From positions 24,738,001 to 24,802,000 of the forward strand of contig CP158635.1 in NCBI GenBank assembly GCA_050273025.1: DNA of 64,000 bases. The letters are read 5' to 3'. A program made the position numbers and the translations under genes. The notes below the pieces were generated by a model. It did not search any database. It worked only from the letters and a program-made list of their open reading frames with translations, and had not been told where the DNA came from. The stretch is from Cenococcum geophilum. Lineage: Eukaryota. Numbering within the stretch: position 1 is the stretch's first letter; the number at the start of each line of letters is the position of its first letter. Shown one piece after another: positions 1 to 12,700 of this stretch.

Positions 1-549
1 GCTAAAGAAAGAATAAAGATACTAATAAATCTTTATATAGACCTTATAGACTTAGTAAAAAAGGTATAAGAAAGAATAAAAAGGTACTATAATACTAAGA
101 AATCTAAGGGACTAAATCTTAAGGAGGGGGATAAAGTATAGCTACTATATAAAAATTTTAATAGTTAACAACTAAGTAAAAAATTAGATTATATTAGATT
201 AGGACCTTTTAAAATTATATAAAAGATTTTACTAGTTATATTTAAGTTAAACCTACTAGCTAAGATAAAGATCTACTCTATATAGTATATTATAATACTT
301 AAACTAGTATACGGGAATATTAAACCACTAATTTATAAAGTAGACATATATAGAGGATAAGAAGAAGATAAATAGCAAGTTTTAAAGATCGTTAGTTATA
401 AGGACATTAACAATAAAATATAGTATAAGGTTAAGTAGATAGGCTATAATAAAACTACCTAGAAATTACTATAGAATTTAAAAAATGCTATAAAAAAGGT
501 ATAAAAGTATTAGAGAAAAACGGGTTAAGTAATATTAAGAAGAAGCTAA
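1..549 (+). pseudogene. pol C-terminus: integrase GPF/Y module plus chromodomain
   Basis: Reads LKEGDKV(W)LL..SKKLD(H)(V)RLGPFKI, then (W)Y(E)VK(W).GY..TT(W)...NLKNA. Stops are RIP-type. Confidence 0.88.
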
Positions 550-589
550 AGATAAAGGGATTAGTTAAGGGTAATAGACAAGCCGGATT

Positions 590-1130
590 ATCTAAGGGAT
601 CTACTACTAGTATATTAGTTATTTCCGCCTCTTTAGCCTTAAGTTTAAATAGACCTTACTCTACTAAATAAAGCTCTTTTAAGCGTACCTTTTTATAAAC
701 CTTTACTAGACGGCTTAGGCGAGTATAAGTATTTAGTTAAGCTTTTAGAACCTAAGATGCCTTATTAGAACAACGCTAAACCTTAGTAAGAGCCTTAGCC
801 AGCTTACTCTTTAGTCTTTTAGCCGCTACTAATACGTATAACCTTAAAGTAGATTAAATAAGGAACTAGACAGTTATAAAAAATAATACAACATATATAC
901 TTAGCATTAGAGATAGATTAAACGTTATAAAATAATTGTATATTTACTTATATATACTTAGTATAAGAAGAAGGTTAGTAACTAGACGGAGCTGTAATCG
1001 TAATATATACTAACTTCTTCTCTATATAATAAGAACAGGATAGTATAACTTTACTAAGCAATAGGATAAATATTACTAGCTAGTTATAATAGTTAGATAT
1101 AAAGGATCTAATAGGAGGTATTAGAAATAA
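590..1130 (-). pseudogene. Antisense accessory ORF of the Gypsy family with a Zn2Cys6-like cysteine pattern
   Basis: Minus strand reads SCS(R)(C).EKKLV(C)ITITAPSS(R)(Q)PSS(C)..(C).K.N....(C). The homologous antisense segment is in copy C at about 22790-23330. Confidence 0.55.
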
Positions 1131-1229
1131 TAAAGGTTATTAAATTAAAGACGGGAATGCTATACCTTTAATAGATGACTTAGAGATAGAAAATATCTTT
1201 AAGGATAAAGATAAAGAGGAAGGGGATGG

Positions 1230-1648
1230 TATTACGGACCTTATATTAGCAGTAGTATAACTACTAAGGATAGATATAAATAGGTTGGTTAAGATAGTAT
1301 AGGAGGCACTAGAACTAATTAAGCTATAAGATAAGAGGTAGCTAAGTTATATAGCTAGTTACGTTATAAGTTTAGAATATAGAAATGTAGGAATATAGGA
1401 ATGTAATATACTAATATACTAATATACTAACGTACTAAACCCTTTACTATAGGGAGGAGTTATATATTTAAGGACATATAGTCTCTATAAATAGTTTCTC
1501 TTTTTTATAATAAAATTTAAAATATAATTAGAGTTAATCTATTAGGTAACCACTCTACTAATTATATTTATATTGTTAACTATTCTATACCTATATACCT
1601 AACCTATTAATAAGTCTACTATAGTTCCTACTATAAGGCTTCGTTATA
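1230..1648 (+). repeat. 3' LTR of Gypsy copy A
   Basis: Starts tattacggac (RIP of TGTTACGGAC) directly after the PPT and ends cgttata (RIP of CGTTACA). Confidence 0.88.
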
Positions 1649-4211
1649 TAGATCCTATTTATACTTAGTTTACTTTTAGCTAATACCTAGTTTATTTCTT
1701 TTTCTTTATATGCTATAAAAATATATTCTCTAGGTATTCCTACCACTATTATTTATTTAGGCATTCTTCTACAAGGAATCTTTTTTATTAAAGTATTAAA
1801 TTCTCTAATCCTTAGATACTAGCTATATATATACTTAGTATTTCTATATAATTGCTTATCTAGCGACTAATATATCCTTATTAAACACTTCTAACTTTTT
1901 ACCTTTAGTGCTTAGTATATACTATACTAGTTATCTATATATATAATATATAATAATATATAATACACTAAGTGCTTTAGGCTAACTCTTAGCTTATCTT
2001 TATTTTTAAGTTTAAACCTCTATCTAGTAGATCTATATATTAGCGTTATATTTACTAGTACTAAGACTTACCTTTTACTTCTCTAGTCCTTTAATCTTTC
2101 TTTTAGATTTCCAGACCTTATAATTAGTACTCCTTTAATATAACTTATATATCTTTCTATAATTACTTAGTCTTAGATAACTCTTTTATTTAGCTATATA
2201 TAGAAGTCTTCTTATTTATAATTATACTGCTACTTATACTACTTTTAGTATAGCTCTATAAGCGTATATAATCTATCTATAAGAAAGTATCTTATTATTA
2301 CTATATCGATATAGCCTTCTATATACCTTTCTTTAAATCTAGTTAAAAACTCTAAGTTCTCTTCTTATTCTAGTTCTTTAAGCCACTTTACTCTAGGCGT
2401 GCCTACTTTAGGCCTATTAGTAATCTTATATAAGGGTACCCTATCCCTTAGTAGCCTCTTTGTTCTTATTATACTTTAACTTAGCTCTTAAATTATATCT
2501 AGTTTTCTCCTAGTTTACATTTAGCCATTAAATCCTCTAAATCCTTAAACTTTATAATTTTAGTATTAATCATCCAACTCTAAGGTTAAATACTTTATTT
2601 ACCTAATATAGGTGCCCTTATTCGCTCTTTAAATTTTTAGTTCCCTAGGAATTTTTATTCCGTGCTTATTTACTAATCTTTAAACTAAGCTACTACTCTT
2701 ACCTATTAATTCTCATCTATTATAGGTTCTTAAGCTCCTTTTATCTCTTCTTAAGAACCTTAAGTCTTTAGCCTTTTACCTTTATTAAATGCCAAAGTAG
2801 CTTACTGTCCTACTTCTTTAATATCTTACAAAGTAATAGATATTATATTTAATAGAGTTTCGATCCCCATTACTAGTCCTTCCTTTATAGTAGATTTAAC
2901 CTCTACCTCTATTATTGCATCCTTAAGGTCTATATACTCCTAGTAAGCCGCCTTTATTACCTTATTATTGCTAATAATAGTCTAATTATCTCAATCCTTA
3001 GATTTTATTACTTTTTAGTAGAACTAGTACGCGAGAACTTTCTTTACTAACTATTAGCTAAATATACTGTTCTAGTCCTAATCTAGTTTATAAAGTTAAT
3101 TTTACTCTTTATCTAACTCTCTTATACCTTAGAGTCCTCTTAACTTAGGCTCTAATAGCTAATAACTTATACTATACTTAGCGTCCTTATAAACTTAGTA
3201 TACGTTATTATAGTAAAACGTAAAACTCTTAATTAAATTTTTAAATTATTCTTTATAGCATATTACTATCCCTTTATATATATATATTGTTTACTAGTCT
3301 AGTTCCCTATACCGCATAGTTACTCTAACTACCTCTATAGTCTCTAGCGAAATAACTCTATTTTCCGTAATTTATATAAGCTCCTCCTTTATACTACTTT
3401 TCTTACTATAAAGTCCGCCTAAATATCTTCTGCTATTAAGATCCCTAGTTTAGCTTCTACTCCTTAGAGCTTTAATTACTTAATCCTTATCCTCTAGGTT
3501 TCTATGGTTTTTTCTTCTTAATTCTTTAGTACCGCTTAGGTCTATTAGCTCTACACTATACTATAATCTAAATACTTATTACGTCTTCTTTATGTATATT
3601 AGTGCTTGCTATATTCTACTAAATATATTACCCTAATATTGCCAGTTATTTACTTTAATAGCTTATTCTATAAGCTTCCTTAAATTACTTAGGTCGTTTA
3701 TTAGTATTATAGTTACTTAAACTTTAGCCTTTAGTTCTTTCCTATACTAAGCCACTAACGCTCCCTAGTTTTACTTAGTTTATACTACTAGTGTTTAAAA
3801 CTACGTTATATAGTTTATTACTAATCCCTTTTATATAAGTTAATATAGTTTCCTTTTAGCCGTTACTATTAATTCTAGGTCTCTATATATCTATATTAAT
3901 TTACTAGCAAATCCCTTCTAGCTTAAGAATATATACTATACCTTTAGGTTAGTAGTTGCCAATCTATTAGACTATATCTCTATAAGATAAGGTTTAAACC
4001 ACTCTAATACCTTACCTATTAAGAATAGTTCTATATATACTACTTAGTCCATTACTTCTACTAGTTTAGTTCCTTTATATTAAAATTTTTAACTTTACCT
4101 ATATAAGGAATTCCTTTAGCTTATACTTTTCTCCTATAAATCTTTTAATCAATAGTATCTTAATCTTCTCCCTCTTTATATCTTATAGTAATTAAAGTAA
4201 TTATCCCTTAT

Positions 4212-6718
4212 TTTTTTATTATTTTTATATCCATTGTATTGTACTACGTACAATACTACACATGCAGCCTCTGGGCTATGGCGCTATAGTTCTATATACA
4301 TGAATCCTTTCTAGGCAGCTTAATATATACTAGTAGCCATATCCTAGTAGTTTATAAACCTCTAGATTAAAGGTTTACCGCTCCCTAGTAAAATACTAGG
4401 TTATAACAACTATTAGGTAGTATTAAAACAGTAGAAAAACGGTAAAAGAAACGGTAAACGAATCCTAACGCCTGCCCCTGTACATTTTATAGTTTATTTC
4501 TGTCCTTTTGCTCACTACTATCTATTTACTAGAAGTCTAGTAGGAGTTACCTCCTTCTAAAGCTTCTGCCTCCATTAGCCACTCTCTAGTAGCTATTTTT
4601 ATCTTACTTAGAAATAGGAAAAGCGCCCTTCTTTCTTTCTCTATATAAAAGAGCTTCTCTAAGGAGAGAGAAGAGCTTAGTTGTCTTTATATTTCTTTTC
4701 TCTCTTCCCTATATAGTCTGCATTCTAGTAATAGGTGCTTAGGAGTCTATATAGCTCTACAGCCCTTAAAGCATCTACCTTCTTTATCCTTCCCTATTAT
4801 CTTAGAGAAGGATTTAAAGAAGCCTTTTCCTAGTTTTAGTTAATAGAAAGCTAATTATAACCTTTTAGGATATTTATCCTTAGGGGCTTTAAGAGATAAA
4901 GAGTAGTTTCCTCTAGAGATCCTAGTATAGTATTTTCCTTTATTTTTTTTCTATTGCCAGCTGCTTTTCCACTATCCTAGTATTTTTTCTCTTGCTGCTC
5001 TCCCTATATAGGCTAGGGATATATAAGAAGATTATATTTTTCTTCTAGAGAGGCCCTTTTTAGCTAGCTTATCTACTATTTCGTTTCCGTAGATTCCTAG
5101 GTGGCTAGGAACCCAATAAAAGTTAATAGAGATATTCTTACTAGCTAGATAAGAGCAGCTTTGCGTAATTTTAAAGACTAGTTCTTATCCCCCTATAAGA
5201 GAATTAAGCTGTAATCTTTTAATAGCTGCTTAGCTATCTATAAAGATATAGACTTATTTCTCTTTTAGTCTTTATTGTTTTAGATATTCTAGGGCCCTAT
5301 AGACTGCATAAAGTTCTACGTCCATAATTTCCATATAAGGCCCTAGATTCTAATTTATTGCGTATTTAATCCTATTTCTCTCCCCTATTTTACATACGGC
5401 CGCTACACTTAATTTACTATCTTTAGAGCTGTCTATATAGTATATATCTACTAGGTCCCATTCTAGGGATTCTTGTAGATTTTCTACTAGTCTTAAATAT
5501 TCTTATACAGCTTCTTCTTTACTACCCCTAGAGATAGAAAAGAATGCAGAAATAGGGAGAGACCACGGTTTTTGCCAATCTAGAGAGATTCTCTCTATTT
5601 TCCAATTTTAAATTAGTTGCTGGACTCTAGAAGCTAGAGATAGTAGTTAAGTTTTTGGCTGTAGAAGGTGTCTTATAGTAGAGTTTCTAGGGCTAGGACT
5701 AGAACTAGAACTAGTTACTAGTTCCTCCCTATTCTTATTAATCTCTTTTATATAGGCCTTCTTAATTGCGTAGTTTTCTTTAAATTTTAGGATTCTTAAT
5801 GCATAGCTATTACAAAGCTTTTTAAATCTAATTCTAGGAGGAGGGATAGAGGCCTCAATTTCCATAGCTTACGTAGGAGATCCTCTAAACGCTCCTAAAA
5901 CTAGTTTTAGGGCCTCATTTTATAGAGATTGGTACCTAGCTAGTAGGTAGTCTCTAGATTTGCTTTTCCACCAGCATTGTATTCTATAGTCTGCTATAGT
6001 AGTAACGCAAGCTATATAGAGCTGTTGTAGAGCTTGTAGAGATAGACCTCTTTATGTATTGCCTAGTCTTCTAATTAAATAGAAGGCTGTTTTTGCTTTA
6101 GAGATTTTTATTTCTACGTGTTGTTTAAAAGTAAGCTTAGAGTCTAGAAATACCCCTAGCCACCTAACTAGGGGTTTAGGGGATATTTCTATGTCTCCTA
6201 GCTTTAGCCCTTCTTCTATAGTGGTACGCTTACTATAGAAGTGTATAAGCTCTGTTTTGCTAATATTAAAACTAATAGCAGCTTCTTTAGCTCTAGACAT
6301 TAGCTCTAGCGCTATTCCCTCTAGCTTTTTACAATTGGATTTAGCTGAGTTCGAAGTAACCGTAATTGCAAAGTCGTCCATATAGCTAAGGGAATAGGCT
6401 CCTTCTGTCTGTAGGCTGCAGGTATTGCGTATATATAGTAGAAATAAAATAGGGGATATAGGCGAGCCCTGTGGTATCCCTGTTTCTATTTCTACCTTTT
6501 TTTATATTTGTCCATTAAAGCAGAGCTGTAGCTTTCTATTGCTAAGGAAGGTAGCTACCCATTGCGTAAACGCTATAGGTAGCCCTAGTTCCTTACAGAT
6601 AGATAGAAGCTAGTTTGCAGAGACATGGTCAAAGGCCCCTTTTACGTCTAGAAATAGCGTAGTAGCTATTCTTTGTCTGGCTTTTTTCCTATTATTTTTA
6701 GACTGGATATTATTTAGG
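4212..6718 (-). mobile_element. 5'-truncated Tad1/I-group-like LINE (non-LTR retrotransposon)
   Basis: A-rich 3' tail at 4212-4226. 16-bp TSD agtaattatc(c/t)cttat at 4196-4211 and 6719-6734. Encodes RT, RNase H and a terminal CCHC. Confidence 0.93.
4487..6718 (-). pseudogene. LINE ORF2 remnant: reverse transcriptase, RNase H, C-terminal zinc knuckle
   Basis: LFLDVKGAFDHV (~6640), GIPQGSPISPILFLLY (~6460), SYMDDFA (~6375), VRWLGVFLDSKLTF (ORF 6052-6381), RNase H Y(T)D(G)S (~5430) and WVPSHLGIYGNEIVDKLAK (~5090), CFKGC...HLLLEC (~4740). Confidence 0.93.
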
Positions 6719-6846
6719 AGTAATTATCTCTTATATTAGTATCCCCTTCAGATTCTAAAGTAGTTACTACTGTAAAAAGTATTATAACTACTACTTTAGA
6801 TAGTATATTATTTAACTTTATTAATACTATAATTAGGTAGTAAATA

Positions 6847-7146
6847 TATAATAAAGCCTTATAGGAAATACTATGGTAAACTTATTAATAGGCTAGGTAT
6901 ATAGGTAAATAAGAAGTTAATAACATAAATATAACTAGTATAGTAGGTTACTTAATAAATTAACTCTAATTATATTTTAAGATTTACTACAAAGAAGGGA
7001 ACTATTTAGGTAGGGACTATAGTCCTTTAAGTACATAATACTACGCCTAAGAAATGTACTAAGTACGTTAGTATATAAGTATATTAGTACATTACGTTTC
7101 TACGTCCCTATATTCCTACGTTCTAAACTTATAATATAACTAGTTA
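6847..7146 (-). repeat. Truncated 5' LTR of Gypsy copy B
   Basis: Reverse complement matches about 1350-1648. Homology stops at the Helitron boundary. Confidence 0.8.
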
Positions 7147-7504
7147 AATATATATAGTGGTAAAAATGCATCTATTTTTAGGGGTTATTAGCCGCCGCTT
7201 TTGGCGGCATTCTTACCTCGCTTAAACCCTATCACATCCCCGCTTTAAAGAAGCTTTGTTTACTTAAGCACTTTCTATCCCTATTATGCCCCGTCTATTA
7301 TTCTAAAGGGGTTAGAAATAGGATATAAGCTTTAGTAAAGCTTATTAGCGCTTACGTTAATTTAATATAGTATAGCCTACGAGAATTCCGTTAAATTTTC
7401 TAAGGAAAATTTCCAAATTACTGACTTATAGCCAGTAATTTGGTTCCTTGGGGAAATTTAATAGAATTCTCGCGCCTGCGGCGGGCTTTTATCCTTTTAA
7501 ACTT

Positions 7505-8350
7505 AGTCTGCCCTACTACTACCCTACTACTACCCTCTACTGCCTACTACTACCCTACTACTACTCTGCCCTACTACTGCCTACTACTACTTACTACTAC
7601 TGTTATACTATTTTACTATTTTACTATTTTTATTATTACCCTTACTACCTTTACTACTTCCCTTTTAACTACTAAAATAACTTCTTTCTTATTACTTCTA
7701 ATATATCTTTATTTCCTAATTTATAGCTATATTAATTACTACTTATATACTATTTTTTACTAATACTTTAGTTACTAATTTATTATTATTACTACTATTT
7801 CTACCTTATTATAATTATAATAATTATTATCTATTTATCTTTTATATTAATTATTATATTAGTTTATTAATTTTAATACTATATTATAACTATTTTTATT
7901 TTTATCTTTATTCTTACCTTTATTTCTATTTATAGTACTATTATTATATTAATTATTTTTTAATTTACTAACTTTACTACTTTAGCTATAGCTATAAATT
8001 TTATTTTTACCTTTATTCTAATTTTATATAGTACTACTTTTACTATTATAAAGAGTACTTTATATTATAGAATACATTTTTTATTTAAAATTAAATTCTT
8101 CTTTTAATAATATTATATAAGATAATTATATATACTAAAGACCTTACTATAAGGACTATTATAAAGGCTATTAATATTTTTATATATATTTATATAAAGT
8201 AGAAATTAAAAAAAAAATATTAGAGTATTAAAGCTTTAACTGCCCTTTACTGCCTATTACTACCCTCTACTGCCTATTACTGCCCTCTACTGCCTACTAT
8301 TGCCCTACTACTACCCTATTACTACTGCACTACTACTATACTACTATAGA
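7505..8350. repeat. Degenerate low-complexity tract (tactgccc/ctactac-like), extremely AT-rich in the middle
   Basis: Short imperfect repeats are visible at 7510-7600 and 8240-8345, flanking a RIP-saturated core. Confidence 0.7.
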
Positions 8351-8599
8351 ATTTATACAGCTACCTCGTAGTAACGTATAGCTGCCTTTATATAATAATT
8401 GCGTAATATAGATTTATATAATTAATTATATAACGTATATTAATAATAGCTATTTATATTATTATTATTATCGTCGTCTTCTTCCTTAAGCAACAGCACT
8501 ACTACTACTACTACCACCACTGCTACTGTTGCTGCTACTACTGCCGCCACTACTACTACCACTACTACTACTGTTACCACTACTGCCGCTACTACCGCT

Positions 8600-9630
8600 A
8601 TATCCGCGCCTAGCCGCCGCTTCTTATCCTTACCGCCGCCGTCTTAGGCTAGGGTACCTACGCGTAGGACTTCGGTCCTAGTAGATAAGCGTACTAGTAA
8701 GTATTAGTACTATAAAAGAATTTAAGAATTTAAGAATTTAAGAAGATACTAATATATAAATAGCTGCTGTAGCTACTGCTACCGTTAGACCCCTCCCCAC
8801 TACCGCTGCCACTCCCGCTGCCCCTACTGCCCCTACTACCCCCGCTACTATTACTTCCCCCCTAGCCAGCTTTACGGCCGTAAATTAGCCCGCCGCCCTC
8901 CTACCCTAGAATCCCTTACCTGCCGCACTTGCCGCCGCCGCTAAAGCCGCCACTACTAATACGGCTATAATGCGGGCGCTGCGTCCCCTGCCGCGCGTCT
9001 AGGGCGTATCTCTACGGTAGGCTTTTAACTTAAGTAGAGCTTTTAGGGTCTACTAGGGGGTCTACCTTAAGGCTAGGGCCCTAAATGCGGAGGCCGCCCT
9101 AGTATAAAGCCGGGGTATAGTAGCCCCGTAGGCTTATATATTATATATACGGGGCGGCGGCCTATTTATAGAGTATATGCTAGTTGCCGGCTAGCTACGT
9201 AGTAGCTATACTAACTACTATTATAGCAGTAAAGGGGCGCGCTGCTCCTTCCGGGCCTATAAGTTAGTAAGGTAAACGGTAAAAAGCATAACTAATAGAG
9301 ATAATAGCGTCTGCCCCCGCCGCAGCTACCGCCGCTACCGCTACTACTCTACTAGTCCGCCGCGGCGGCCCTTCCTCCCGCGCCCCGGCCCCTCCTACTA
9401 CCGCCGCCGCTACTAATAACGACAATAACGACGACGATAAGGAGGAGGAGGAGGAGGAGGGGGAGGAAGAGGAGGAGGCCCTACCTACCCGCGCCTATTC
9501 CCGCTTTATATAGCTCTAGTAGATTATAGAGCTATACTATAACTTTATAGAGCTATACTGTAACTCTATAAAGCTGTACTATAACTTAGCGGTTTTATAT
9601 AAAGAGGAGGCGGAGGATAATAAGGAGTAG
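8600..9630 (+). pseudogene. DUF3716-like Cys-rich protein, Helitron cargo, probably spliced
   Basis: 9080-9255 reads NAEAAL.(Q)SRG.VAP(Q)A(C)..(C).RGGG(P)F.E(C)..V......(C)(A)N(C)(H)YS..GARCSFR. An acidic tail (DDD-EEEEE) and a 21-nt repeat precede the stop. An intron-like segment lies at about 8697-8763. Confidence 0.7.
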
Positions 9631-9739
9631 AGAGGGGGGGGGGTTTAGTTTTACTAGGCCCTACGGGGTATTTATAAAAGTTTTGCTAGCCCTATAGGGC
9701 AGTTATAAAAGTAATTATATTATAAAATAATATACCTTA

Positions 9740-12700
9740 TTACGGAAGTAAAACTTTTAGATAGATAATATTGTCTATCTCTATTTAATTTAGGGGAAGC
9801 AGTACTAAAATACTATTTACGGTAGTAACCTAAGATAGGGTAATATAGAGCTAACCGTAGGTAAAAACTAGCATCTGTAAATTAACGCCTATAAAGTTAA
9901 AGGACTAACCCTATAACTTATTTACGGTTATAGCGGAGTATAGCCAGATTAGAAACTGCCTTCTACTAATAATAAACGGTAGTTCTCCCTTTGTAGAGGT
10001 AAGCTTAATATAAGGGATTAGCCGTAGCTAGCTGTAAAAGCTGCCGCTAAGTATCTAAGCTTTAATACAGCGGCGGCCTAGGCATATAATAACTATATAG
10101 ATGCCGTTACAGAGCCCTTCTTTAGGGTAGAGGTTCTGTAAAAGGATTATAGGCATACCTACCTTTAGGGAAAGCTTTAACGGAGGTAGGCTACTAGGGT
10201 TAAATGTCTATAGGAGCTCTGCTAGCGGCAGTTCTATATAATCCTCTTCTCTATTTTGCTCTATAGAGTCTATAAAATAAAAGGTGCTTAGGGAGCTATA
10301 GAGCTGCATAAGGATAGCTTTATTAATCTTAGCTATAGTATTATTATAAATAGTTAGGATAGCGCGATCGTAGAAGGTATTAGGAGTATTATATACCTAA
10401 GTAAGCAGTTGCGGAGGGTATATATAGCTGTAAAAGGGTTCCTGGGACTAGAATAGGGCTATATTATTAAATAAGCCTTATACCTAAGCTGTAAACCGCT
10501 AATTTATCTCGCCCTAGTAGATATATATATTTAACCGCAGGGATAGTATATAAAAGGTAGGCTAGAGGAACAACTGCTATAGGTAGGCACCTATAATAGC
10601 TGCGCGGTTTCCCCACGGGATAATAGGTAGTATTTAAGCAAAGTTACCACCTAAGATAGTAGGGAGTCCGCTAAAGGTAAAGTTATTAGAACGGATATCC
10701 GTAAGTATATAGTGCACGGCTTTAAAGTAGTAGCGGTGTTATATTAGTACCTTATCCCAGATAAGTAAAGAGATACGGCGTAAAGGCTTAGTAAGATTTA
10801 ACCTTTTAGAGATATTATAAGTAGCCTTTTTATATAGATTGATAAGTATCTAAAAACGGGAGTAGGTAGTACGGCTACCAGATAATAGGAGGGCCGTAAT
10901 GCTAGAAGAAGCTATATAAAGAATAATTTTACTATATAAGCGGTAGTAGTAGCAGAGGCAGTAATAGAGAAACGTTTTACTAGTACTTATAGGGCCCTAG
11001 AGAAAGAAGCGGGCCGTTTACAAATCCGCATCTATAGTAGTAATAATAGTATTAAAGCAGGCTGCCTAATCCGCATTTAGCTACTAGTATAGCTTAGTAA
11101 ACTGGCGTTCTTTCTCTATATAGTTATATTACAGTAGCTCCGCTATAAAAAGCGGGTTACTTCCCTCCGTAATAACGCCCTACTAGTGCTAAAACTAGGG
11201 TAGGCTATAGTCTGTAAGTATTTTTCACTAATCTATAAGTATCTAATAGATAAGGTATAAGCCGTAATTAAAATAGGCGTTATTATCCTTGGCAACTATA
11301 GGAGGAGTATTAGGTTAGTGGGCTAGAAAGCAAAGTAGATTATTATAGATAGACTATTTAAAGCGGTCCTATAAAGTAAAGCGGTTATAAATAAGGAGCG
11401 TAGCTAGGCGCCAATAGCAAAAATGGCGGCCTTTATTAAGTAATTAATCTACTTATAGTTATCCTCTAGTAGCCCTAGGGCTACATAGGCGGCCTAAAAG
11501 GTTAGATAGATTATATTAGTAATAGTATAAAGGTCCTTAAAGGAGGTAGGGCTAGGAACAGACGTTAGCAGCAGCCGTAAGTAAAACCTCTTACCTATAA
11601 TAGGGCTGTAGTAATATATACGGCCTATTATAGTGCCTCGCTAGTAAGGACGCCACTCCCGCTACTTTATATAAAAGATATACTACTTAGGGAAGTCTTA
11701 ATATAGGCAGTTACGGCTACTGTTATACTCTATATTATACTTAAAGAAGGCCGTTAACGTAGAGTAGGAAAGCTTAAGGCGCTGCTAAATCTTCTTTATA
11801 AATTAGTCTGGCTAAAAGTATACGGGCTACTTGCTTAGAAGGTGCACCGCAAGCTAGATTATAGGGGGGAACTCCTTATAAACGGGAAACTCGAATAGCC
11901 GCTAAATAGCCTTAAAGGGGCTAATATAACGGCCCTATAAATACTAGCTTACTTTATCACCATCTATAAGCCGTAAAGTAGTGCGGTCGCTTCCCTTATA
12001 TATATACTTATAGATATACTTAACAGACCGTATAGAGGCGCAGACCTTAACATTTATATAGGCACGATACTTTATAGTTAGATATAGGTAATATAGAATA
12101 ATCTAGCGGTTATCTATTTTAAATATAACTCCCCCTAGTAAGCGGATAGACTATAACTATAGATTATTATAACGGCGGCATTTTAGATAGCCGTCCTTAC
12201 GTATAATAGTAGTAGGGTTAAAAGGTTTAGGGTACTACTTTAAATAGGTCGGTAGAAGGCCTAGCCCTAACGCAACTATATAAGGAGCTCGCGGATTCTA
12301 GAAGCCGTAAAGGCCGTAAACTATTATTATAAGGCAGTATTACTAGGGTATATAGTAGGGAGCAGGCAAGCCAAGTATAAGTTATATAGGGAGTTAATAG
12401 AAGAGGACAATATAGTAATAAGGATAGGTAATAGCCTAAGTACAGAGACGAACTAATAAGGAGGAAAGGGCTATAAGCCTAAGGTGCTTATAAGGAGGTG
12501 CTAAGGGCTAGCCGAAGGCTAGCCTTGGCAACCTCTAAAAGCCCCTAGGCGATACAGCCAAGTAAGGGCCAAAATAACCCTTATAATTATCGACTTTATA
12601 ATCTTAGTAAGACGTCTAATAGAATTATCCTCTAGCTGCGGAAGCTCTATAGATATAAAATAGTCGATAACAGCTAGGTTTAATAGCCTATCGCGGTTAT

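Larger units (their letters stand above)
1..1648 (+). mobile_element. Gypsy/Ty3 chromovirus LTR retrotransposon copy A, 3' part (runs off the left edge), RIP-degenerate
   Basis: Integrase C-terminus and chromodomain at 1-550. Polypurine tract aaagaggaaggggatgg ends at 1229. The LTR follows and is homologous to the LTRs at 22241, 54916 and 60322. Confidence 0.92.
1649..7146 (-). mobile_element. Gypsy copy B fragment (partial 5' LTR, gag and long gag-protease spacer), interrupted by a LINE and cut by copy A and the Helitron
   Basis: The reverse complement is colinear with 60750-63700 (copy D) and with copy C. The partial LTR is at 6847-7146. Confidence 0.87.

Noticed and set aside
5647..6613. 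ORFs 5647-5865, 6052-6381 and 6425-6613 as separate genes
   Set aside because: The first two are fragments of LINE ORF2 between RIP stops, and the third is its antisense shadow.
7440..7763. ORFs 7440-7763 and 7448-7675 as membrane or Tyr-rich proteins
   Set aside because: They are translations of a low-complexity ctac/tta tract with no domain signal.
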